From contig CAXHJY010001097.1 in assembly GCA_964016885.1 (NCBI GenBank), forward strand, positions 124,001-188,000: a stretch of 64,000 nt of DNA. Direction: 5' to 3'. This DNA comes from Eledone cirrhosa. Its lineage: Eukaryota. The position numbers and the translations under genes are program-made. Shown one piece after another: positions 55,301 to 64,000 of the stretch; the stretch's first letter is position 1; every line of letters begins with the position of its first letter. The notes beneath the pieces are model-generated. The model was not told where the DNA came from. It searched no databases and saw only the letters and a list, made by a program, of their open reading frames with translations.

Positions 55301-56837
55301 CGTCGTAGCCGTCACAATGTTGTCCAACGTGACCATTTAGGTCGCCTGCGATAATTATATAGTCACTGTCGGATATTTGGGAGGTAGTTAGCATCAGTGT
55401 CTCATAGAATCTGTCTTTTATAGTGTCGGGCAGTCCGGATTGGGGTGCGTACGCAGATATTACTGTCACCGTAGTTCTATTGAGGACAAGTCGTATTTTA
55501 ATTATTCTGTCGTTCACTCTATTTACGTCTATTATCTTATCTGCCCACTTTTCTGCTACCATGATTCCTACTCCACCCAGCCCATCGTCGTTTCCCACCC
55601 AGAAAAGCTTATAACATCGTTTTTTACCCTCAATGAACCTAGCAGACCCACCCCTCCACCTGGTCTCTTGAATACAACAAACATCGACCTCCTTACGTTC
55701 AAGCATTTCTACAACCTCGTTAGCGCGACCCTTTAGGGTGCCTACATTTATGGTACCAACTCTGAGGTTTTGGATTGCGTTTGGGGGTTGGGGGCGGTGA
55801 GGGGCGGGGGGCGATGGGGTTATGTTAGCCGTCCGCGGTCGAAACAATGAGGAGTGCTCGCATTCTCGTCCAAGAGGTGAATTTGTCTTTATCTTTGGCA
55901 TTGTCGCTGAGCGTCCAGATTTTTCTCTCTCACCTCCACTCTCCAGGATTCCGCAGTCCATCCAACCATCATATATCGTATATCGAAAGGCAACCAGGCA
56001 AGCGATAGTATAGGCCTCTGGTTTCTGATTGGTCCGCGTAATAATACTGGTGATGCGTGGGGGCTCTGTTTTATGATTGGTCCACGTAATAGCAATGGTG
56101 GTGCGTGGGGGTGGGAGGGTGTGGTGTTGGGTAGCTAGCAAGAAGGTAATGATTGAGTGGGGTCCATGCATTTAACAAGCGATTAACAAAAATACAAAAT
56201 TTGTTCTGTTAAATACGTCCAAAAACCCTACGTATTTAGCAATTAATAGAAACAGAAAATGTAGTTTGTTTTAGCGATAGATTGGCTATTTGGACTTGAT
56301 ACGAAATATGGATTGTTTTGAAAATACGAGAATTAAGATTTGTTGAGGGAGAGAGATGAAGTCTGTACATTACGTTTACATGAATACCGTGCCCAGCAAG
56401 CAATGAAATGAAATTTGGCGAAGTGAATTCCTATCATATATTTATAGAGAGAGAGAGAGAGTGAGAGAGAGCGAGGGGAGGGGGCCACATGATGGCTGTG
56501 AGTGTTGGGCGTTTGACCGCCCCGTGCCTTCGAAGAAGGAAGAAGGAAAGGATTTTGTTTTTTGTTTTGAAGATACGCTAGAATTAGGGATTGAGGCTTG
56601 AAAATACGTTAGGAATTAAGGTTTGAAAATAGCTAGCAAGAAGGTAATGATTGAGTGGGGTCCATGCATTTAACAAGCGATTAACAAAAATACAAAATTT
56701 GTTCTGTTAAATACGTCCAAAAACCCTACGTATTTAGCAATTAATAGAAACAGAAAATGTAGTTTGTTTTAGCGATAGATTGGCTATTTGGACTTGATAC
56801 GAAATATGGATTGTTTTGAAAATACGAGAATTAAGAT
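52339..56837 (-). mobile_element. Full-length, potentially active RTE-clade LINE
   Basis: Uninterrupted ORF, 3' UTR with (CAT)n tail, and a long 5' region with a 208-bp direct repeat. Confidence 0.95.
52731..55901 (-). CDS. RTE LINE ORF: APE endonuclease, reverse transcriptase with embedded PHD finger (1056 aa from MPKIK)
   Basis: GTINVGTL, CIQETRW, GDLNGH, VDYIL, SQH (APE); DLEKAFD, QGSVLSP, YADD, FRYLG (RT); C4HC3 at 53385-53516. Confidence 0.95.
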   Translation of the reverse strand: MPKIKTNSPLGRECEHSSLFRPRTANITPSPPAPHRPQPPNAIQNLRVGTINVGTLKGRANEVVEMLERKEVDVCCIQETRWRGGSARFIEGKKRCYKLFWVGNDDGLGGVGIMVAEKWADKIIDVNRVNDRIIKIRLVLNRTTVTVISAYAPQSGLPDTIKDRFYETLMLTTSQISDSDYIIIAGDLNGHVGQHCDGYDEIHGGYGFGTRNEEGSRILEFCDANNLTICNTNFKKRDNHLITYRSGEHTSQVDYILTRRRDRVSVVNTKSLPHEECTSQHRLIISDLIVRTRRTRQQKRTILRRKIWKLKDPTARNKFQSILLDAFDSKEEHLESDNIEGEWEFLKANLLLATDEVCGWSRPVGRRRVTWWWNSKVEGSIKAKKQAWKVWRDGGSREDYQVARREARRQVYLARREAEERKFKHVLQRDDQKREVFRIARQCVKENRDIVGEKCVLNDDGTLAITDADKKVAWKCHYERLLNEENNWEKGSLPHIDPIEGPAVLVEGSIISKAIKDMKTGKAAGPSEIVAEMLKASGTVGHTMVTRIVNQVVQNGVVPKDWHSSIIVNCYKGKGDALDRSNYRGIKLIDQVMKVTEKVIAQLIRERIDLDEMQFGFVSGKSTTDALFIVRQLQEKYLAKGKPLYLAFVDLEKAFDRVPRSIIWWALRKLGVDEWLVRAIQAMYKETVSKVRINNEYSEEFSVKVGVHQGSVLSPLLFIIALQAITEEFKTGCPWELLYADDLTLIAESMAELEKKFQTWKHGLESKGLKINLAKTKVLVCRKENKAAVPPGKWSCSVCRKGVGRNSILCPKCKVWVHKRCSGITGKLTKNIDFTCGRCSGAISSSKCPQTTSSFNCAEGSIEIVDSFRYLGDKISSGGGCSESTVARVRTGWKKFRELIPLLAAKGFSLKMKGRLYDACIRTAMLHGSETWALCAEDIRRLERNEACMLRWMCNSNIRERQSINELRKKLEIRGIRCCLLERRLRWYGHVMRMKVDSCITKCRAIKIDGSHGIGRPRKTWDELINSDITHLHLSKTMSLDRDLWRYSVTEKTRLT

Positions 56838-56851
56838 ATATATATATATTA

Positions 56852-56929
<78 letters not shown>

Positions 56930-57088
56930 AATTTAAATAAATTCAAGGTGAAAGACGAATTCACATCAATATCTTTCACTATTGCATTCTTTTTTCTATG
57001 TCCATACCTGCATTGTCTTGGCCTTATTACACATATTCAAAGGTTTATACCTCATTACACAATGCTTCAAGTGAACTATAACCTCCTC

Positions 57089-57130
<42 letters not shown>

Positions 57131-57660
57131 CAATGGCTGTAAGACTGGTGTCTACAGGATGGGTGGGGTTCAATGGTTTAAAGAAAAGGGAAATTCTTTA
57201 GAAGCTAATTTTTTAAGGCTGAAATAAGGGTGACAAAGGCAGAAAGGGTTCCATCAACAGATTCAAATGTTGGGGTGAGCCCCCCCCCCTAATGATATAT
57301 ATTCTTAATATATATTCCAGGTGTCGAGAAACACATTCACACTCGCCCACTTACACACGTACACACACACAACAAACATACTTAATGGTACACATACACA
57401 CATACATATATACAAATATATACACATATATATATACACATACATACAAATATGTGTACACACACATATATATATATATACATATAACATATATAAATAT
57501 GTATATATATACATATATACATATAACGTATATATATATATACATATATATATATGTAGGAGGTTGGTGTTAGGAAGGGCATTCAACTGTAGAAATCAAG
57601 TTCCCGTCCCACCCTTTCAAGCAGGGAAAAGTGGACGTAAAATGATGATGATGATGATAC

Positions 57661-57696
<36 letters not shown>

Positions 57697-58640
57697 TCTC
57701 ATGCATACACACGTATACACACATTCATATATATATATTTATATAGTAAAGCACTTTACTATTAGGATTATATATATCCATATATGTTGTTCTTGGCTGC
57801 TATTTCTAGCGCTAAAATTAAAACCTGAAGTGGACAAGATGAAAAAGGTAGCTAAAATTCAGTCTCAACTTTTTAAACAATAGATTTTTTTATGTCAACA
57901 AACGGAGAATATTTGGCAAGAAAGATAACTCTTGTCTTACTTAAAGCCGGAAATTGAGTTACAAATTTTGCGGGTCTGCAGTTTATATAAACCTTCTTAT
58001 TTGGTCTTGTTAACTGGCATTTGACTGCTATTTCTAGCATATATTAATAGACACTTTAGAAATAGCAGCCAAAAGTCAGCTAACAACACTATAGGAAACA
58101 CCAGAAAGAAAGACTCATGCACACACACATATATATATATATATATGTAAATGAGTGTGTGTGTGTATATGTATATACACACACACAAATACGTGTGTGT
58201 GCGTTTATATATAAATATATATGTATATATATATTTATATATACACACACACACACACACACAAATATATTAATATATGTGCGTATATATATATAATTGT
58301 TTCTATTTTAGGCACAAGGCCAGCAATTACCAGTACATTACTGGTACTTTATTTTGTCGACCCCGTAAGGATGAAAGGCAAAGTTAACCTCGGCGGGATT
58401 TGAACTCAGATCATAAAGGGACGTAACTCTATGCTTCAAAGCATGGTGTCCGACTCTCTACCGATACTGCCAATCCACCGCCCTAAATATATATAATATA
58501 TACCGTGCGTATATATATATAATATATGTATGTATGTGTATATACGTGTGTGCGTGTATGTGTATGTATTCATACATACATATATATGTGTATATATATA
58601 CATATATATGTATATACATATATATGTATATATATATATG

Positions 58641-58689
<49 letters not shown>

Positions 58690-58716
58690 GTATATATATG
58701 TATATTTATATATATG

Positions 58717-58765
<49 letters not shown>

Positions 58766-58837
58766 GTATATATATGTATATTTATATATATGTATATATA
58801 TATATATGTATATATATATGTATATGTATATTTATAT

Positions 58838-59884
58838 ATGTCTCTGAACGACATTGCTAAATGTACAGTTCAATTTTTGAAAACTCGATCTGAACAACAG
58901 ATTCAAAATAAATTAAAGCAAATCGAAATTGCTTTTAAATTAATCAATAAACATTTGGATAAACTACGGTGTGTTTTTTCTTCTTCGAATGCTGTCCAGC
59001 AGCAGCAACAGCAACAACAGCAGCTACAACAGCAACAACAACAACAGCTACAACAACAACATCAACAACAGCAACAACAACAACAACGACAACAACAGTG
59101 TGAACCACTCCTTGATTCATCAACAATGGCCAATCTACTAAATGAAACTATTGACCCCCCAGTAGCCTCTGTCTCACAGCATGAAACGCCACATCCTTTC
59201 TCTGGCCCAGCAGTCCAATCATCACCACTGCCAACATCTCTGCCTACTACTACTACTACAACATTTTTGTCTACTGCTATATCAAGGAATTTACCTTCTA
59301 ATACCAGAACAAGAACTCTCCCTCCCACAGTCCACAAAGGTCGTCAAATCCTACCCAAACCATCATCTACACCTCTCACAACACACACACCCACATACCC
59401 ACTCACTCGAAACCCCATCATTTGCCGCTACTCTCTACGCTATAGAATATGTACGGATAGTGGCTGCAAATTCACCCATTTACCTAGGACAAAACGATCT
59501 ATCCCCACAAACAGCCACCACCATAATACATACTCTAATTTAACACCAACACAACCACCAATAACTCAAACAAGGAATCCACAAATCTGCCGCTTTTCCC
59601 TGCGAGACAGATTGTGTTTAGACCGGGATTGTCCCTTTACCCATCTCCCGGGGACCCGTCGGACAAATGAAAATAAAATTAAAAATAAAAGCAAAAACAA
59701 AAACCATAACCTACATAAAAATAACCACTACCACAGTCACCAACAGTCTTCTAAACAGGAAACTTCTTCCTCTTTTTTAGCCATAATGAATCTGGCAAAA
59801 GAACTGGAAAAAAACATTCGAGCTATCACCCAGCACCACCCTCCACTATCACCCCACTGCACAAACTCCCATTGCTGCCATTAA
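58838..59884 (+). CDS. LINE ORF1 with a polyQ tract and two CCCH zinc fingers (start uncertain)
   Basis: C-x8-C-x4-C-x3-H at 59423-59479 and 59588-59644. The N-terminal part of the tracked ORF is microsatellite. Confidence 0.75.
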   Translation: MSLNDIAKCTVQFLKTRSEQQIQNKLKQIEIAFKLINKHLDKLRCVFSSSNAVQQQQQQQQQLQQQQQQQLQQQHQQQQQQQQRQQQCEPLLDSSTMANLLNETIDPPVASVSQHETPHPFSGPAVQSSPLPTSLPTTTTTTFLSTAISRNLPSNTRTRTLPPTVHKGRQILPKPSSTPLTTHTPTYPLTRNPIICRYSLRYRICTDSGCKFTHLPRTKRSIPTNSHHHNTYSNLTPTQPPITQTRNPQICRFSLRDRLCLDRDCPFTHLPGTRRTNENKIKNKSKNKNHNLHKNNHYHSHQQSSKQETSSSFLAIMNLAKELEKNIRAITQHHPPLSPHCTNSHCCH

Positions 59885-62884
59885 CAAACAAACAAATTAA
59901 CAACACACCAAAACAATTAAAACCATCCACTCTCGCCTCTACATTTTTGCTTAACGCCCAAGGCATCAGCCCTTCCACCAATACTCAAAAATGGAAGATC
60001 AAATTCCTGGAGGACTGGATTGATGTCCATCCAAACCACATCCCTTTCTTCGTCCTCACTGAAACCCATCTCAGTAACCTCCACTTGGAAGCCGAGGTGA
60101 AAGTGAAAAATTTCAAAGCCATCCGTGCTGATCGCGCTGGCAGAAGAAAGGGCGGAACTGCCATTTATGTCCATAATTCTTTCTCAACAGAGGCTATGAA
60201 CATATTCACTAATGGATACTGTGAAGCAGTCACTGTATTCAGTCAAACCAACAACCTATTAGTAGTTGGGCTCTATAGGCCACCCCAAACGCCTGTACCA
60301 TGCTTCAAGGAATGCCTCAACAGCATAAAGTGTTTCATCCAAGAGTGTCACCCTGACAACATCTTAATGATGGGGGACTTCAACCTCCCCGGAGTTGACT
60401 GGTCCACAAACAGCCTGCCACCAGGTTCTTCTGCCTCAACCTCTGACAGGGAAGCTGTGGAATCGCTTCTTGACTTCATGGATGATTTCTTCCTATCCCA
60501 ACTGGTGCTCGAACCAACGAGGTGCCACAAAAACGTCCTAGACTTAATTTTCAGCAATCACACTGACAATATCCACAATATTGCAGTGGAGAAAACTCTA
60601 CTCTCTGATCATGACATGGTTCTCTGTGATCTGAGATTCCACCGTCCAATATACAAACCCAATGTCATCTCTCCTGTCCATCCGTTTGACGCTATGGATT
60701 TCCACAATGCAAACTGGGAAGCGATCAGTCATGATCTTGCACATGTCGACTGGTCCTTCACGCACACTCATACACCCACTAGCATCAAAAAGTCCTGGCA
60801 GACATTTGTGGACACTGTTACAAACATATGTGCTAAACACACCCCATTAAGAACTATAAACAAATCTAAGAGCAGAATCCCTAGAAATAGAAAAACGCTC
60901 ATCAGAAAAATTAAGAGAACAAACAAAAAAATCAACAAGCTGAAATACTGTCAGCAGCAACACATCAACTTGACTGCCATTTCATCACTAGAGATTAAAA
61001 AACATAACCTCCAAAACAACATAATGTCCCTCATCAACAATCAGAGAAGAGCTGAAGAGGCCTGGGCCATTGAGAAGATCAAACTCAATCCCAAAGTGTT
61101 CTTTTCATTTGCAAAAAAACACAAAATCACTGGCTCTACTGTTGGCCCTCTAATTGATGAAAATGGCACTCTTCAAGACAATGCTAAAACCATGGGTGAG
61201 ATACTGCAGAAACAATACTGCTCTGTTTTCAGCAATCCTGATATGGCCGATCTGGGCTGTATCGGCGATGTTACTCCCCATTACACCTTATCGGACATAA
61301 CGTTTGGCGCCCCTGATGTCTTGGCGGCAATAAAGGAAATCAAGCATAATTCAGCAGTAGGTCCCGATAGGTTCCCTGCTTGTGTCTTGAAGGCGTGTCA
61401 ACACCAACTTGCATCTCCTCTTGCCAATCTGTGGCGGAACTCACTGGATGCTGGATATGTGCCAGAAAACCTTCTATCCCAGTCTGTTGTCCCAGTTTTC
61501 AAAAAGGGAAACAAATCCCTTGCCGTGAATTACCGTCCAATCTCACTCACCTCTCATATCATTAAGGTATTTGAGCGAGTGGTGAGATCGCGAATGACCC
61601 ATTTCCTTGACAGTAACAATATGCTGAACTCCAACCAGCATGGATTCCGTAATGGAAGGTATTGCCTGACGCAGCTACTGCATCACTTTGATGACATTTT
61701 GAGAGCCTTGGGAGAGGGTTCCAACACTGATGTTATCTACCTTGATTTCAGCAAGGCCTTTGACAGGGTTGATCATAACATTCTACTGAGAAAGCTGTCC
61801 AATATTGGTGTCACTGGAAAGCTGCTGCTGCAGTGGATCAAGAGCTTCCTGTCAAACAGAACCCAACATGTTGTAGTTGAGGGTGTCAAATCAAGCCCAG
61901 CCAAAGTCAGTAGTGGGGTCCCACAAGGCACTGTGTTGGGCCCACTTCTCTTCATCATCTATATTAATGACATCATTGACATCATCAAACACAGCAACAT
62001 TAAAATTTTCGCTGATGATTCCAAGCTCCAAAAGGTCATCAATGGCGTGGATGACCGAATAAGCCTTCAGTCAGACCTACTGGCTGTTACCCAATGGGCA
62101 GAAAAGAACAACATGTTACTGAACGAAGACAAATTCGAACTGATCCACTTTGGAAAAGAGGATGCTCTGAAACTCCCGTACTCCCTTCCCTCCGGGGAAA
62201 CTCTCGTGGCATCTAACAACATCAGAGACTTGGGAGTAACCGTGGACAGCAACATAAGCTGGACCACACATATAAGCAGCAAAGTTGACATGGCCCGCAG
62301 AATGTGTTCCTGGATCCTCAGAACCTTCCAGTCGAGAGATTCCCGCACCATTATCCTTCTCTTCTCTACTTTCGCCCGACCACACCTTGAATACTGTTGT
62401 CCACTGTGGTCTCCCCACACAAAACAAAGTATCATGAAACTTGAAGCTCCTCAAAGGGCAATCACGAAAAAGATAGATAGCATGTCAGACCTTGACTACT
62501 GGGGTCGATTAGAAAACCTGAAACTTTACTCACTCCAACGTCGCCGTGAGCGTTATATTATCTGCCCAAATATATCATCACTGCCCAAATGATGTTGGCA
62601 TCGCCTTCAAGATACGCCCAAGGCTTGGGCCCCGTGCTATCCGTCCCATTCAAAAATCTAAATCGCAACTCATAACAACAATACGGCACAATTATTTCAC
62701 CTCAATCGGCCCTGCTCTCTTCAACATCACACCAGGACATGTCAAAACAGAAACTGACCACACAAAATTCAAGAAGTCTTTGGACAAATTCCTCCAAGTA
62801 ATCCCGGACAAACCACCCACACCCGGATATGTCTCCGCAAACAGTAATTCTCTTCTCGAATGGGCCATGGTGCCCAAATCCTGA
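59755..62884 (+). CDS. CR1-group LINE ORF2 (APE endonuclease + RT), with one frameshift near 62565
   Basis: LNAQG, LTETHL, YRPP, MGDFN, LDL, SDH; [37 protein letters not shown]. The C-terminus continues in ORF 62546-62884. Confidence 0.92.
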
Positions 62885-62975
62885 ATTGAAAGACTTCGCC
62901 AGGTGGTGCTATTAAGTTAGACATGGCCTGGGCCAATACTGGCCAAAACATTTCAAAGTTATTCAAAGTTCAAAG

Positions 62976-63017
<42 letters not shown>

Positions 63018-63192
63018 GTATATGTATATATATGTGTGTGTATATGTATATATATGTATATATAAATGTATATATATGTGTGTGTGTGTGTATGTATGTA
63101 TATATATATATATACATATATGTGTGTGTGTGAATGAGCATGTGTGAATATTTATACACACACACATACACACACACACACATATATATATA

Positions 63193-63500
63193 TATAAATG
63201 AAGTATTTCCGTCAGAAAGGTACAGGAGGAAAGAGTGCTCTATGTAGGCTACAGAGCTGATTACTGTAGCCTACATAGAGCACTCTTTTCTCCTGTACCT
63301 TTCCGACGGAAATACTTCATTTATACAGCTCCAACCGGGAATGATCGAAGCATATTCTATATTACATATACGATTAGCACCTTCCAGCCCGATAAGTTGA
63401 GCACTCTACAGTTTCAGGAAATTAACCAACATACACCATGGACGTTTATGAATTGGATTATTCTATCAAAAATATACCTACTCCTTCCAACAAAATATAC
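63193..63500 (+). mobile_element. Probable Penelope-like pLTR/ORF start with a 62-bp inverted segment
   Basis: Hairpin 63193-63254 / 63264-63325. ATG at 63438 reads MDVYELDYSIKNIPTPSNKIY. A related sequence lies at 40435-40500. Confidence 0.6.
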
Positions 63501-64000
63501 CTACTCCTTCCAACAAAATATACCTACTCCTGCCAACAAAATATACCTACTCCTTCCAACAAAATATACCTACTCCTTCCAACAAGATATACCTACTCCT
63601 TCCAACAAAATATACCTACTCCTTCCAACAAAATATACCTACTCCTGCCAACAAAATATACCTGTTCCTTCCAACAAAATATACCTACTCCTTCCAACAA
63701 AATATACCTATTCCTTCCAACAAAATATACCTACTCCTTCCAACAAAATATACCTACTCCTTCCAACAAAACATACCTACTCCTTCCAACAAAATATACC
63801 TACTCCTTCCAACAAAATATACCTACTCCTTCCAACAAAATATACCTACTCCTTCCAACAAAATATACCTATTCCTTCCAACAAAATATACCTACTCCTT
63901 CCAACAAAATATACCTATTCCTTCCAACAAAATATACCTACACCTTCCAACAAAATATACCTACTCCTTCCAACAAAATATACCTACTCCTTCCAACAAA
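63469..64000. repeat. 23-bp minisatellite, ~23 copies, running off the window end
   Basis: Unit AAAATATACCTACTCCTTCCAAC. Confidence 0.97.

Larger units (their letters stand above)
58838..62978 (+). mobile_element. Near-complete two-ORF CR1-group LINE
   Basis: ORF1 + ORF2, a short 3' UTR with a (TTCAAAG)-type tail, flanked by TA-rich microsatellites. Confidence 0.9.

Noticed and set aside
52921-55736. Recurrent antisense ORFs over the RTE and ZNF sequences
   Set aside because: Shadows of the sense coding frame. They recur only because the elements are repeated.
55902-56171. 90-aa N-terminal extension of the RTE ORF
   Set aside because: Not conserved in the related copy, which begins at M(T)MPKI. 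Likely open 5' UTR.

Overview
AT-rich, repeat-dense eukaryotic DNA, most likely a coleoid cephalopod such as Octopus (inferred from the C2H2-ZNF type, RTE LINEs and SINEs, not proven). It contains two single-coding-exon tandem C2H2 zinc-finger genes (15422-17200, 20 fingers; 45092-46255, 13 fingers), an orphan duplicated 5' exon, and a decayed antisense ZNF relic that has become an 80-bp satellite. The rest is mobile DNA: about 15 RTE-LINE copies (one with an intact ORF at 52731-55901 carrying a PHD finger inside the RT), a near-complete CR1-group LINE whose ORF1/ORF2 junction resembles a -1 ribosomal frameshift, Penelope-like fragments, Merlin, hAT and Helitron non-autonomous elements, tRNA-derived SINEs and several minisatellites. 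The strongest signal not shown by the ORF track is a set of nine minimal type I hammerhead ribozyme motifs of different sequence on both strands, several within inverted repeats. Most short ORFs in the track are microsatellite or antisense artefacts. Boundaries of decayed elements are approximate.
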